A stretch of 64,000 nt of DNA from Bacteroidales bacterium UBA4181 (lineage in GTDB: Bacteria > Bacteroidota > Bacteroidia > Bacteroidales > UBA4181): positions 87 through 64,086 of the forward strand of contig DFUR01000068.1 in the NCBI GenBank assembly GCA_002380425.1, in the 5' to 3' direction. The position numbers and the translations under genes are program-made. Below are positions 10,573 through 21,084 of the stretch, piece by piece. The notes beneath the pieces are model-generated. The model searched no databases and was not told the origin of the DNA. It saw only the letters and a list, made by a program, of their open reading frames with translations. How positions within the stretch are numbered: position 1 is the stretch's first letter; every line of letters begins with the position of its first letter.

Positions 10573-11741
10573 AGCGCCAACCGGTATATGGCAGCGACAT
10601 CGGCTGCACCCAGAGACACATAACTTCCCAGTTTGAAGTTCTCATTCACTCCAGAAGTACGTACCATGTATTCAATGTCGGCTTCGCGTGCTCCGATACC
10701 GGCAAAATTCAGGGGTAACCCGATGGAAGTGATGAATGCTTCCAGTCGTGAGATGCCTTCCCTGGCAGTGCGCAGAGGGTTCATATAGTCCATGTCACAA
10801 CCCCACACCTTTACGGCAAATCGGGCAAAGCGCATGGGATTGTGCTCGAGCACGTACTTCATCCAGGCCGGAAAGATCACGGCCAGACCGGCACCGTGGG
10901 CTACATCATACAGGGCAGATAGTTCGTGCTCAATCTTATGGCTGGCCCAGTCCTGATCTCTTCCTGCGCCACAGATGTCGTTGTGAGCCAGCATACCAGC
11001 CCACATAATATTGGCCCGGGCGTTGTAGTCATCGGGATGAGACAGAACTCTTGGAACCTGTTCGATGATGGTGGTCAGAACTGCTTCGCACAGACGGTCG
11101 GTGAGTTCCACATCGGGGGTATTGGTAAAATAGCGTTCCATCACATGAGCCATAATGTCCATGGCCCCACACGCAGTCTGGTACGGGGGCAGGGTACAGG
11201 TGAGCGCCGGGTTCATGATGGCAAAAACGGGCTTAATCAAATCAGAGTAGGTGGCCCTCTTGAGGCTGTCCTGTTCACGTGTGATGACCGATACGCCTGA
11301 TCCCTCGCTGCCCGCAGCGGCAAGGGTGAGTACAACGCCAACAGGAATAGCCTTCCCGATAACGGCTTTCCCTGAGAAAAACTCCCAAAAGTCTCCCATA
11401 TGGGGCACTCCAGCAGCAATTGCTTTGGCCGAATCAATGGTGCTGCCCCCACCAATGGCTAGAACAAAATCAACCCCCTCTCTGCGGCAGATCTCGATGC
11501 CTTCATAGACGAGGCCACTGCGGGGATTAGGCTGGACTCCGCCCAGCAACACACAGTCCAGCCCGGATGCCTGCAGGGATGACTGTACCCGGTTCATGAG
11601 ACCCGATCGAATGACTGAACCGGAGCCATAGTGAATCAAGACCTTGCTGCCACCGAAGCGTTTTACCAGTGCTCCTGTACGGGATTCGGTGTCCCGGCCA
11701 AACTCAAAGCAGGTGGGGCTGAAGAAAGTGAAGTTGTTCAT
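10569..11741 (-). CDS. Iron-containing (group III) alcohol dehydrogenase, butanol dehydrogenase/YqhD-like
   Basis: The translation has the GGGSTIDSAKAI motif, metal-binding His blocks (HVMERYF, HELSALYDVAHGAG) and a length of 390 aa. Confidence 0.85.
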   Translation of the reverse strand: MNNFTFFSPTCFEFGRDTESRTGALVKRFGGSKVLIHYGSGSVIRSGLMNRVQSSLQASGLDCVLLGGVQPNPRSGLVYEGIEICRREGVDFVLAIGGGSTIDSAKAIAAGVPHMGDFWEFFSGKAVIGKAIPVGVVLTLAAAGSEGSGVSVITREQDSLKRATYSDLIKPVFAIMNPALTCTLPPYQTACGAMDIMAHVMERYFTNTPDVELTDRLCEAVLTTIIEQVPRVLSHPDDYNARANIMWAGMLAHNDICGAGRDQDWASHKIEHELSALYDVAHGAGLAVIFPAWMKYVLEHNPMRFARFAVKVWGCDMDYMNPLRTAREGISRLEAFITSIGLPLNFAGIGAREADIEYMVRTSGVNENFKLGSYVSLGAADVAAIYRLAL

Positions 11742-11796
11742 ATCAGTGCGGAAGATGGTTACCGCTAATGTACAATAAATAGCGTATTTTTACAGT

Positions 11797-13119
11797 ATGC
11801 GAGCGCCCATTTCTGTGTTTTGGTTCCGAAGAGATCTGCGGCTGGAGGATCATCAGGCTTTGTTTGAAGCATTGCGTGCTGGATATCCGGTCCTGGGCTT
11901 GTATGTGTTCGATCGCATTTGGTTGGACCGGAAGGAGCGGAGGGACCATCCCGGAGTTGATGTGCTGCATCAGGCTGTGTGTAGCCTTTACCGGGCTGTT
12001 GAACAGGTTGGATCGCGCCTGATGGTGCACGTGGGTACCCCCGAAGAGGCCTTCCGGGAGATCTCCCGGCATTGGGAGATTCGTGCTGTTTTTGTTGGGG
12101 ATGAATACGAGCCCGAAGCCCTCAAACGTTTTGAGAATTTGCGTAGAGAACTTGCCACTACAGGTGCTTCATGGATATCCATTCGGGATCGGGTCGTATT
12201 TGCACCCAACGATATCCTGAAAAAAGACGGAACCCCTTATACGGTTTTCACCCCTTATGCCCGAGCCTGGAAGGCGCAGTGGTCTGAGTGTTCCCGAGAG
12301 CCGGTTCCCTCCGGAGCAGTCTTGCAGGCCTTCCTGCCCCGCAAAGAATTTTCCTGGCTTCCCGGACCTGCCCCGACGCTCGAACAACTCGGATTTTCTT
12401 CCTCCGGACACCTATTGCCGACACCGCAACTCCAACCCTCTCTGTTGCACTCCTACCATCTGCACAGGGACTTTCCGGCTGTTGAGGGTACCTCCCGATG
12501 TGGCGTGGCCCTGAGTCTGGGGACCATAGGGGTGCGCCATATTGTTCGACTCGGCTTTCAGCACAATGAGGTTTTTCTCAATGAGTTGATATGGCGGGAG
12601 TTTTTTGTTTCCGTTTTGTATCATTTTCCCTATGTGGAACGAAGTGCTTTCAAAAAAAGGTACGATGCCATCCCCTGGAGAAATCATGAGCCCGAATTTG
12701 AGCGCTGGTGTCACGGTCAAACCGGCTACCCCCTGGTAGATGCGGGGATGCGTCAGTTGCTTGCCAGCGGTTGGATGCACAACCGGGTACGGATGGTCGC
12801 CGCCAGCTTTTTGGTCAAACATCTGTTGATTGACTGGCGTTGGGGAGAGGCTTGGTTTGCCAGCCTGCTGCTGGACTATGATCTCTCTGCCAATAACGGT
12901 AACTGGCAATGGGTGGCCGGAACGGGTTGTGATGCCGCCCCCTATTTTCGGGTCTTTCATCCCATGGAGCAGGCCAGAAAATTCGATTCTTCATCGGTGT
13001 ACATCAAGACCTGGGTTCCTGAATGGGGCACACCAGAATATCCTCAGGCCATGGTATCACACCCCGAAGCCCGCGTCCGGGCTTTGGAAGCATACCGGGC
13101 AGCTTTGGGAAAGACATAA
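11797..13119 (+). CDS. phrB: Deoxyribodipyrimidine photolyase / cryptochrome-family flavoprotein
   Basis: The N-terminus reads [16 protein letters not shown]. The C-terminal FAD-binding block reads [32 protein letters not shown]. The photolyase versus Cry-DASH subclass is not resolved. Confidence 0.8.
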   Translation: MRAPISVFWFRRDLRLEDHQALFEALRAGYPVLGLYVFDRIWLDRKERRDHPGVDVLHQAVCSLYRAVEQVGSRLMVHVGTPEEAFREISRHWEIRAVFVGDEYEPEALKRFENLRRELATTGASWISIRDRVVFAPNDILKKDGTPYTVFTPYARAWKAQWSECSREPVPSGAVLQAFLPRKEFSWLPGPAPTLEQLGFSSSGHLLPTPQLQPSLLHSYHLHRDFPAVEGTSRCGVALSLGTIGVRHIVRLGFQHNEVFLNELIWREFFVSVLYHFPYVERSAFKKRYDAIPWRNHEPEFERWCHGQTGYPLVDAGMRQLLASGWMHNRVRMVAASFLVKHLLIDWRWGEAWFASLLLDYDLSANNGNWQWVAGTGCDAAPYFRVFHPMEQARKFDSSSVYIKTWVPEWGTPEYPQAMVSHPEARVRALEAYRAALGKT

Positions 13120-13175
13120 CAGCTCACATCGAACCCGTAGTTTTTCTATCTTTGGGTTCGAAAAATACCATAACG

Positions 13176-13895
13176 ATGCCCGTCCTTTCTGTTATTATTC
13201 CTGCCTACAACGAAGCGGCAACCATTGCTGAGATCCTCGACAGGGTTCGGTCGGTGGCGCTTCCGGAAGACCTTGGCAAGGAGATTATTGTAGTGGATGA
13301 CTGTTCGAGCGACCTCACTGCAGATGTGCTCAAAGCCTATATGGAGGCACATCCCGGCTCCGGGTTGGTTTACTTTCGTCACGCGCAGAACCGTGGAAAG
13401 GGTGCCGCCCTTCACACAGGCATTGGTATGGCCACTGGTGATTATGTGGTGATTCAGGATGCCGACCTGGAGTATGATCCTCAGGAGTACAATACCCTGC
13501 TCCATCCAATGCTCAAGGGGGTGGCCGATGTGGTGTACGGCTCCCGTTTTATGGGTGGAAGGCCACACAGAATCCTTTTCTTTTGGCATACCATCGGGAA
13601 CCGCTTCCTGACGATGCTCTCCAATATGTCCACGAATCTGAACCTGACGGATATGGAGACCTGTTACAAGATGTTTCGCAGGGAGATTATTCAGGGCATC
13701 AGTCTTTCAGAACAGCGTTTTGGGTTTGAACCTGAGGTTACTGCCAAGATGGCCAGAATTCCCGGGATAAGAATCTATGAAGTGGGGATTTCCTATTATG
13801 GACGCACCTATGACGAAGGGAAGAAGATAGGCTGGAAGGACGGGTTCAGGGCGTTGTACTGTATTCTTAAGTACGGAGTCCTCCGGTTTCGTTAA
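13176..13895 (+). CDS. Family 2 glycosyltransferase (polyprenol-phosphate sugar transferase-like)
   Basis: The start is moved to ATG 13176 ([14 protein letters not shown]). Motifs include DDCSSD and the DxD-type QDADLEYDP. The ORF-track 5' extension overlaps the photolyase 3' end. Confidence 0.8.
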   Translation: MPVLSVIIPAYNEAATIAEILDRVRSVALPEDLGKEIIVVDDCSSDLTADVLKAYMEAHPGSGLVYFRHAQNRGKGAALHTGIGMATGDYVVIQDADLEYDPQEYNTLLHPMLKGVADVVYGSRFMGGRPHRILFFWHTIGNRFLTMLSNMSTNLNLTDMETCYKMFRREIIQGISLSEQRFGFEPEVTAKMARIPGIRIYEVGISYYGRTYDEGKKIGWKDGFRALYCILKYGVLRFR

Positions 13896-13934
13896 CCAAC
13901 CATCAGGGATGCCTTTTGGTGGAATCCATGATAA

Positions 13935-13961
13935 AAGGGCTGCCCGATTCGGGCAGCCCTT
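13935..13961. terminator. Bidirectional stem-loop between convergent GT2 and citrate synthase genes
   Basis: A perfect 12-bp stem AAGGGCTGCCCG-ATT-CGGGCAGCCCTT lies 8 nt downstream of the gltA stop. It has A-rich and T-rich flanks, and the minus strand reads TTTTAT after the stem. Confidence 0.6.
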
Positions 13962-13968
13962 AAACATT

Positions 13969-15324
13969 TTATCGCTGGGACAGTGGAATGAACGTCTTGG
14001 GCGGGTAAACATTCTTGTACGCCGGACGAATAATTCTCTTGCCACTGAAGTTGAGTTCTTCGTTCCGGTGTGCGGTCCAACCGGCAATGCGGCTCATGGC
14101 AAACAAGGGCGTGAAGACCTCTTCGGGCAGGCCAATCATGTTGTACACAAAGCCTGAGTAAAAGTCAACATTGGCACACACTTGTTTGTTTACCTTAGTT
14201 CCCTTGAAGTTCATAAAATTTTCAATGGCACGCTCCTCCAGGAGTTCGAGGAAACTGAATTCTTCTTCACGGCCTTTTTCCTTAGCCAGCTCCCGGGCCA
14301 TTTCCTTAAGCAGCAGGGCTCTCGGGTCGGAGATGGTGTAGATGGCATGACCGATGCCGTAAATCAGCCCTGATTTGTTGTAGGCCTCTTTACGGAGCAT
14401 CTTCAGCAGATAGGCGTCAATCTCACTGGTGTTTGTCCAGTTATGAATGTTTTCCTTCAGGTGCTGGAACATCTTCATCACTGCCAGATTGGCACCCCCG
14501 TGCAGCGGGCCCTTTAGGGAACCGATAGCAGCGGCAATGGATGAGTAAGTGTCCGTTTCCGTAGAGCTTGTAACGCGTACGGTGAAGGTTGAGTTGTTTC
14601 CTCCTCCGTGTTCAGCATGTAGAATGAGGGAAAGATCCAGGGTTTTGGCTTCGAGCTCCGTATACTCTCCCTTGAGCATAAACAGAAAGTTCTCGGCCAT
14701 GGACACATTCTCCCTGGGATGACGGATGTGCAGCGACCGTCCCTGATTGCTGTGCCGGACAATGTTGTAGGCGTATGCAATGATGGTGGGGAACTTGGCA
14801 ATGAGTTCAATAGACTGTCTCATGAGGTTTTCTCTGGAGATGTCATCGGGATTGGGATCAAATGTGTACATCTCCAGCACAGAGCGAGCCAGAATGTTCA
14901 TGATGTTTTGTCCCTCCAGGTCCAGAATGTTCATTTTGGTTTTCTGGGTCAGGGGCATCGAATCGTATAGGAGATCCTGAAAACAACTCAGGGATTCTTT
15001 GTCAGGGAGGTATCCCGAAAGCAACAGGAACGCTGTTTCCTCAAATCCGAAACGGTTTTCGGAGTAGATTCCCTTCACCAGTTCCTCAACATCAATACCC
15101 CGGTAGAGCAATTTGCCCGGAACCGCCTTCAGTGAGCCATCTTCCTGGCGTTCGTACCCCACAACATCGCCAATCTTGGTCAGGCCCACGAGCACTCCGG
15201 AATGGTCTTCATTGCGCAATCCCCTTTTGACATTGAACTTGGTGAACAACTCACTGTCGATGTGGCTGGTCTTCTTGACGGATTCTGAGAGTTTATAAAT
15301 CATATACTCTTTTTTCATGTTCAT
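13969..15324 (-). CDS. gltA: Citrate synthase
   Basis: Motifs include HAEHGGGNNSTF and GIGHAIYT. The start is set at ATG 15324 (MNMKKEY), because the longer ORF-track start runs into icd. Confidence 0.9.
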   Translation of the reverse strand: MNMKKEYMIYKLSESVKKTSHIDSELFTKFNVKRGLRNEDHSGVLVGLTKIGDVVGYERQEDGSLKAVPGKLLYRGIDVEELVKGIYSENRFGFEETAFLLLSGYLPDKESLSCFQDLLYDSMPLTQKTKMNILDLEGQNIMNILARSVLEMYTFDPNPDDISRENLMRQSIELIAKFPTIIAYAYNIVRHSNQGRSLHIRHPRENVSMAENFLFMLKGEYTELEAKTLDLSLILHAEHGGGNNSTFTVRVTSSTETDTYSSIAAAIGSLKGPLHGGANLAVMKMFQHLKENIHNWTNTSEIDAYLLKMLRKEAYNKSGLIYGIGHAIYTISDPRALLLKEMARELAKEKGREEEFSFLELLEERAIENFMNFKGTKVNKQVCANVDFYSGFVYNMIGLPEEVFTPLFAMSRIAGWTAHRNEELNFSGKRIIRPAYKNVYPPKTFIPLSQR

Positions 15325-15349
15325 GGTTATGTAATTTAGAGGGTTAACG

Positions 15350-16621
15350 TTAAAGCATGGCCACCCGTTCCAGGACCTTATCCCGAAACTCAGTGGTGGA
15401 CAAAGAGGTTCCGTTGGGCATAAACCGCGCCAGATCATGCGTGGCATAGCCGTCTTCAAAAAGGGACTCCAGGGTGGTGTGGATCAGGTGGGACGCTTCG
15501 CTCCAGCCCAGATACTCCAGCATCATGGCTCCGGAGAGCAACAGAGAACACGGATTTACCTGATTTTTCCCGGCAATATCGGGCGCTGTTCCATGAGTGG
15601 CCTCAAACAGCGCATGCCCCGACAGGTAATTGATATTTGCTCCCGGAGCAATCCCGATGCCTCCGACCATGGCTGCAAGTTGGTCAGAAATATAATCGCC
15701 ATTCAGGTTGAGCGTGGCTATCACGGAATAATCCCGTGGGCGCAAAAGGGTATTCTGTAAGAAGGCGTCGGCAATCACATCCTGTATCAGCAAAAGCCCC
15801 GAAGATTTTGCCTCTTCAAGAGCGGCATCTGCTTGAACTTTACCTTTCTGTTCCTTGATTCTCTGATATTGGTTCATGGTGAACACCTGCCCGGAGAAGG
15901 CTTCTTCGGCCAACTCGTAGCCCCAATTTTTGAAGCCACCTTCGGTGAACTTCATGATATTCCCTTTGTGGACCAGGGTCACCGAAGGGTGTTTCTTGAG
16001 CAGGGCGTATTCGATGGCTGCACGTACCAGACGCTGGCTTCCCTGTCGGGATACCGGCTTGACACCAAAGGCGGAGGTTTCCGGAAAACGGATTTTGGTG
16101 ACGCCCATTTCACGGGTGAGAAAATCCAGAACACGGGCAGCCTGAGGCGTGCCTTGTTCCCATTCGATGCCGGCGTATATGTCCTCAGTGTTTTCGCGGA
16201 ATACATACATATCTACCAGAGAGGGCTCTTTCAGGGGTGAAGCTACGCCCCGGAACCAGCGCACCGGACGAAGACACACAAACAAATCCAATTCCTGGCG
16301 CAGGGCGACATTCAAGGAACGAATACCTCCGCCTACCGGGGTGGTCAGAGGACCCTTGATACCTACACGGTATTCCCTAAATGCCTGCATGGTATCATCG
16401 GGAAGCCAGGAGCCGGTTGTCCTGAAAGCTTTCTCTCCAGCGAGCACCTCTTTCCAGGCGATGCTTCGGGCACCCTTGTAGGCTTTGTGCACTACGGCGT
16501 GCATTATTGACTGGGTGGCAGGGGTAATCTCGGCTCCGACGCCGTCTCCCTCAATAAAGGGAATCACCGGATGCTCGGGAACCTGCAGTTTGCCCGTCTT
16601 GCTCAGTAGTATCTTATCCAT
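15350..16621 (-). CDS. icd: NADP-dependent isocitrate dehydrogenase
   Basis: Motifs include [32 protein letters not shown] and [26 protein letters not shown]. The start at ATG 16621 (MDKILLSK) overlaps the aconitase stop by 8 nt. Confidence 0.9.
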   Translation of the reverse strand: MDKILLSKTGKLQVPEHPVIPFIEGDGVGAEITPATQSIMHAVVHKAYKGARSIAWKEVLAGEKAFRTTGSWLPDDTMQAFREYRVGIKGPLTTPVGGGIRSLNVALRQELDLFVCLRPVRWFRGVASPLKEPSLVDMYVFRENTEDIYAGIEWEQGTPQAARVLDFLTREMGVTKIRFPETSAFGVKPVSRQGSQRLVRAAIEYALLKKHPSVTLVHKGNIMKFTEGGFKNWGYELAEEAFSGQVFTMNQYQRIKEQKGKVQADAALEEAKSSGLLLIQDVIADAFLQNTLLRPRDYSVIATLNLNGDYISDQLAAMVGGIGIAPGANINYLSGHALFEATHGTAPDIAGKNQVNPCSLLLSGAMMLEYLGWSEASHLIHTTLESLFEDGYATHDLARFMPNGTSLSTTEFRDKVLERVAML

Positions 16622-18881
16622 GGAATTCCTTGTTTCTTTGATAATTAAGTGCAGAACCTGCCTGAAACCAAGCAATCTGTTGTTCGTTAAAGGTGTGTTT
16701 CACCTCAAATGCTTCACTGCTTCCATCCTGGTGTTTCAGGCAGATGGTCAGGTTCTTCCCGGGTGCGAACGCATCCAGTCCCCGCACCGAGATGCGGTCT
16801 TCTTCAAGAATTCTGTCGTAATCGGCGGGTTGGGCAAAGGTCAGTGCCAACATGCCCTGTTTCTTGAGATTGGTTTCATGAATCCGGGCAAAGGATTGTG
16901 CCAGAATAATCTTGACATTGAGAAAGCGTGGCTCCAGTGCCGCATGTTCCCTCGATGACCCTTCTCCATAATTCTCACCAGCCACTACCACCGAAGAAAT
17001 ACCTGCAGATTTATAGGCTCTGGCTACCGCCGAAACCGCATCATAGCAACCCGTAAGATGATTCAGCACATGATTGGTCTGGCCGTTGAACGCATTGACC
17101 GCACCCATAAGCAGATTATCAGAGATGTTCTCCAGATGCCCCCTGAAACGCAGCCAGGGCCCAGCCATGGAGATATGGTCTGTGGTGCATTTGCCGCTCG
17201 CTTTGATCAACAGGGGCATGTTGTGAAAATCTTCGGCCCGGAATGGGGCGAATGGCTCCAGCTTCTGAAGTCTTTTAGAGTCTTCGGGGATGTGAATATT
17301 CACATTATCAGGGATATCCAAAGGTGGGATGAAACCTGACTGATCGGGGTCAAAGCCTTTCACAGGAAGTTCATCGCCTTCGGGTTCACTGAGGAATACT
17401 TTCTTGCCTGAGGCATTAACGAGGGAGTCCTTCAGAGGATTGAAACATAAGTCTCCGGCGATGGCCATGGCAGCCACCATCTCCGGGGAGGCTACAAAAT
17501 GGTGGGTGTTCGGGTTGCCATCGGTGCGTTTGGCAAAATTTCTGTTAAAGGAACTGATGATGCTGTTGACCCGGTTAGGATCATCGGTTTTTCTTTTCCA
17601 CTGTCCGATGCAAGGTCCGCAAGCATTGGCCATGACAATACCGCCTATGGCCAGAAGATCCGAAAGAATTCCGTCCCGCTCTGCCGTTTTGCGAATCATC
17701 TCCGATCCCGGATTAATCAACAGCTCTGCCTTTGGCTGAATTCCCAACTCCCGTGCCTTTCGTGCCACTGATGCAGCGCGGCTCAGATCCTGGTAGGAGG
17801 AGTTGGTACAGGAACCGATCAACCCAACATCCACGGTTCGTGGATAGCCTTTTTTACGAATATAGTGGGCCATCTCCGAAACAGGCCGCGCAGCGTCCGG
17901 GGAGAAAGGGCCATTGATATGTGGTTCGAGTGCGCTTAGATCTATCTCCAGAAGGCGGTCAAAGTATTGTTCCGGATGGGCTTCTACTTCAGGATCCGCA
18001 GCCAGGTGGGGCGCCAGGGCATCGGCCATAAGGGCAATTTCTTCACGTCCGGTTGCTCTCAGGTAGCGCGACATTGCCTCATCATAGGCAAACACAGAGG
18101 ATGTGGCTCCGACTTCCGCACCCATATTGCAGATGGTAGCCTTTCCGGTGGCCGAAAGAGATTGGGCGCCTTCGCCAAAATACTCCAGAATGGCGTTGGT
18201 GCCTCCCTTAACGGTAAGCATGCCGGACACCTTGAGAATAATATCCTTGGGTGAGCACCATCCGCTGAGCCTTCCGGTGAGACGAATGCCAATAATCTTG
18301 GGCATCTTTAGTTCCCATGGCATCCCGGCCATCACATCAACGGCATCAGCGCCTCCTACGCCAATAGCAAGCATGCCCAGGCCTCCGGCATTGGGCGTGT
18401 GTGAGTCCGTGCCCACCATCATGCCCCCTGGGAAGGCGTAATTCTCAAGCACCACCTGATGGATGATACCAGCACCCGGTTTCCAGAAACCAATTCCATA
18501 GCGGGCAGACACATCCCTGAGAAATTGATACACTTCCTCATTCGAATTGTTGGCCGACTTCAGGTCTTCAGTAGCCCCGGAGTGTGCCAGAATCAGGTGG
18601 TCGCAGTGTACCGATGAAGGAACCGCCGAGCGTTCCCGGCCTGAAAGCATAAACTGCAGCAAGGCCATCTGGGCGGTTGCGTCCTGCATGGCGACACGGT
18701 CTGGTCGAAAGTGAACATAATCGTGAGCCCGTTCCCAAGCTTGAATGTGTTCATAATCAAAAATATGGCCATAGAGCATTTTTTCCGCAAACGTAAGGGG
18801 CCGGCCCAGAACAAGTGCGGTCTTCGCGGCTCGGGTTGCCCAATCGGCGTACACCCTGCGGACCAATTCAATATCAAACAT
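16614..18881 (-). CDS. acnA: Aconitate hydratase (about 755 aa, mitochondrial-type size class)
   Basis: Motifs include [13 protein letters not shown], the Fe-S ligand blocks IGSCTNSS and [10 protein letters not shown], and the swivel-domain block [14 protein letters not shown]. The first ATG is at 18881; the ORF-track start at 18902 is TTG. Confidence 0.9.
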   Translation of the reverse strand: MFDIELVRRVYADWATRAAKTALVLGRPLTFAEKMLYGHIFDYEHIQAWERAHDYVHFRPDRVAMQDATAQMALLQFMLSGRERSAVPSSVHCDHLILAHSGATEDLKSANNSNEEVYQFLRDVSARYGIGFWKPGAGIIHQVVLENYAFPGGMMVGTDSHTPNAGGLGMLAIGVGGADAVDVMAGMPWELKMPKIIGIRLTGRLSGWCSPKDIILKVSGMLTVKGGTNAILEYFGEGAQSLSATGKATICNMGAEVGATSSVFAYDEAMSRYLRATGREEIALMADALAPHLAADPEVEAHPEQYFDRLLEIDLSALEPHINGPFSPDAARPVSEMAHYIRKKGYPRTVDVGLIGSCTNSSYQDLSRAASVARKARELGIQPKAELLINPGSEMIRKTAERDGILSDLLAIGGIVMANACGPCIGQWKRKTDDPNRVNSIISSFNRNFAKRTDGNPNTHHFVASPEMVAAMAIAGDLCFNPLKDSLVNASGKKVFLSEPEGDELPVKGFDPDQSGFIPPLDIPDNVNIHIPEDSKRLQKLEPFAPFRAEDFHNMPLLIKASGKCTTDHISMAGPWLRFRGHLENISDNLLMGAVNAFNGQTNHVLNHLTGCYDAVSAVARAYKSAGISSVVVAGENYGEGSSREHAALEPRFLNVKIILAQSFARIHETNLKKQGMLALTFAQPADYDRILEEDRISVRGLDAFAPGKNLTICLKHQDGSSEAFEVKHTFNEQQIAWFQAGSALNYQRNKEFHG

Positions 18882-18899
18882 CGTTTCCTGGTATAAAAA

Positions 18900-18907
18900 C
18901 AAACATA
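18900..18907 (-). promoter_or_regulatory. Candidate Bacteroidota -7 box (TATGTTTG) for the acnA-icd-gltA operon
   Basis: The minus strand reads TATGTTTG, matching TAnnTTTG, 12 nt upstream of ATG 18881. The TTG at 18902 overlaps this box and so lies upstream of the implied transcript start, which argues against it as the start codon. Confidence 0.35.
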
Positions 18908-18996
18908 TCCAAAATACACATATTTCGTTTTATGTTATCATAAAAGGTGCCAAAAAAATCTGAATATTTCGTAATTTAGAAGTTCAATTCAACAAA

Positions 18997-19914
18997 ATGA
19001 ATTCCAGGCGTATAGTGATTGCGGGTGGGAGTGGTTTTCTGGGCAGCGCGGCATCCCGGTTCTTTGCAGCACAACATTATGAGGTGGTGGTGCTCAGCAG
19101 GTTTCGACATGAAGACCATGACGGGATACGATACATGCTTTGGGATGGACGTACCCCTGCTGATTGGACCGCAGTTCTCGAAGGGGCACTGGCCCTGATT
19201 AATTTTTCCGGACGTTCTATAGATTGCAGGTTCACCCCCGAAAACCGGAGAGAAATACTGGAGAGCAGAATTAATTCTGTCGAAGCATTATTCGAGGCTG
19301 CCGGTCGATGTGTGGTTCCCCCTTTGGTTTATATTCAGGCTTCATCCATTGGGTATTATGGGAATACCCGCAGCCTGTGTTTCGAAGACTCTCCCCAGGG
19401 AACTGGTTTCCTGGCTCAGGTGTGTGCCCGGTGGGAGGAAGCTTTCCTGAGCAGGGAATTGCCCCAGACCCGCAAGGTCTTGTTAAGAATAGGTCTGGTG
19501 CTGGATCGAAATCAAGGCATCCTCAGGAAACTGGTGCCTCTGGCCCGAAATTTTCTTGGGGGCACCATGGGACAGGGAGGTCAGCACATGAGTTGGATTC
19601 ATATTGAAGACTTCAACCGTATGCTGCAGTTTGCCATCGACCAGCCCACAGTAGAGGGGGTGTGTCTGGCAACGGGCATCCATCCGGTGACCAACAGGGT
19701 ATTCATGGCCACACTTCGGCGTGTCTTGCGCCGTCCCTGGGCTCCAGCTATCCCGGGTTTGCTCATTCGCCTGGGAGCCATCCTCTGGATGCGCACAGAC
19801 CCCAGCCTTGTCTTGGAAGGGGCTGGATGTGTTCCCAAAAAGATTCTGTCAAAAGGTTTTGTGTTTCGATATACCCGACTGATGCAGGCGCTGAAACATC
19901 TTACAGGACGCTGA
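18997..19914 (+). CDS. NAD-dependent epimerase/dehydratase-family protein (YfcH / TIGR01777-like)
   Basis: An N-terminal Rossmann motif IAGGSGFLGS is present. The length is about 300 aa, and the C-terminal segment resembles the DUF1731-type tail. Confidence 0.7.
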   Translation: MNSRRIVIAGGSGFLGSAASRFFAAQHYEVVVLSRFRHEDHDGIRYMLWDGRTPADWTAVLEGALALINFSGRSIDCRFTPENRREILESRINSVEALFEAAGRCVVPPLVYIQASSIGYYGNTRSLCFEDSPQGTGFLAQVCARWEEAFLSRELPQTRKVLLRIGLVLDRNQGILRKLVPLARNFLGGTMGQGGQHMSWIHIEDFNRMLQFAIDQPTVEGVCLATGIHPVTNRVFMATLRRVLRRPWAPAIPGLLIRLGAILWMRTDPSLVLEGAGCVPKKILSKGFVFRYTRLMQALKHLTGR

Positions 19915-21010
19915 TTTCGGCTCGTACAGGAATTCTGGCCATAATCCTTGTGCCATTTCCTGACTCGGATGTAATATCCAGACTTCCTCCGCATTGTTGT
20001 GCGCGCTGTTCCATACAGATGATACCGAATGACTTGGAGTCCGTTTTTTTCTCTTCCGGGATGCCGATGCCGTTGTCAGCAATAGTCAGAATAAGTTCTC
20101 CGTTTTCCGCTACCAGTTGAACTCTGATGGAAGACGCTTGGGCATGTCTGACGATATTGGTCATCGCCTCCTGAAGAATCCGGAACAGCGACATATGAGT
20201 CGCCCGGTCACTAACGGCAGTCTCATCCAGTTCCAGCGAGCAGGGCAGGGAAAATCTGTGTTCTATGTCTTTGCAATACCACTCAATAGTGGCTGCAAGA
20301 CCCATATCATCGAGCATAGGAGGATGGAGATCGGAGGAAAGTTTCCGGGCGCTGCCCATCACAAAATCGGCCTGCTGGATCATGTCATCAAGTTTACGGG
20401 TAACCTCCTCCTTGTGGTCCACCCGTTTCCTGAGCCAGGTAAGATCCTCATAGAGAGATGTCATTGCCTGCCACAGTTCATTGTGTACTTTGTGCGATAT
20501 GGACTCCATCTCCTCATCCCGGGCCTCAACCAGATGGAGATTCAAAAGCTCCAGTTGCTGCTTGGCCTGCTGAAGCTCGACCTCTGACGCCCGCAGCAGT
20601 GCGGTCTGATCTATCACCCGTTGTTTCTGCCAGTACATCTCCAGGAAAACATTGATTTTGCTAACCAGAATATGTTTGTTGAGCGGTTTGATGATATAGT
20701 CAACGGCTCCCGATTCGTATCCTTCGAGAATCTTGGCTGAATCCGGATAGGCTGCTGTGAGAAAAATGATGGGAACCATATTCCCCTTTCGCTCGGCGTT
20801 CAGGCGGACGGCCAGTTCATACCCATTCATCAGGGGCATCTGCACATCCAGAATGGCAAGAGAAAGGTCCACATCATGGGTAGCCTGGAGCGCTTCAAAA
20901 CCGGAACAGGCCTGAATCAGGTTGGCCTTTACGTCCCGGAGTATAATCTCCAGATAAATCAGATTGGTTGAGTTGTCGTCAACAATCAGGATGTTGGGCA
21001 ATGAGGACAT
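19901..21010 (-). CDS. Receiver-gated histidine kinase (REC + coiled coil + HisKA_3-type dimerisation domain + HATPase)
   Basis: ATG at 21010 (MSSLPNILIVDDN). The receiver Asp lies in [13 protein letters not shown]. The H-box-like ISHKVHNELWQ resembles the NarX/DegS class. The ATPase blocks are LQEAMTNIVRHA and DNGIGIP. Confidence 0.8.
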   Translation of the reverse strand: MSSLPNILIVDDNSTNLIYLEIILRDVKANLIQACSGFEALQATHDVDLSLAILDVQMPLMNGYELAVRLNAERKGNMVPIIFLTAAYPDSAKILEGYESGAVDYIIKPLNKHILVSKINVFLEMYWQKQRVIDQTALLRASEVELQQAKQQLELLNLHLVEARDEEMESISHKVHNELWQAMTSLYEDLTWLRKRVDHKEEVTRKLDDMIQQADFVMGSARKLSSDLHPPMLDDMGLAATIEWYCKDIEHRFSLPCSLELDETAVSDRATHMSLFRILQEAMTNIVRHAQASSIRVQLVAENGELILTIADNGIGIPEEKKTDSKSFGIICMEQRAQQCGGSLDITSESGNGTRIMARIPVRAEISVL

Positions 21011-21084
21011 AACCGGAGAAATATTGTGCTTGGAACAAAAGTAACAAAATATATGGAGCAATTCATGGCAGGGCGATATTTGAA

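Noticed and set aside
13127-13160. 7-bp stem CGAACCC...GGGTTCG after the photolyase stop
   Set aside because: It has a 17-nt loop and an A-run rather than a T-run downstream. This is not convincing as a terminator, and GT2 probably is co-transcribed.
21062-21084. TGGCAGGGCGATATTTG, resembling a sigma-54 -24 element, between the NtrC-type gene and the last kinase
   Set aside because: It lies on the plus strand, opposite to the operon. It lacks a TTGC -12 element at the correct spacing.
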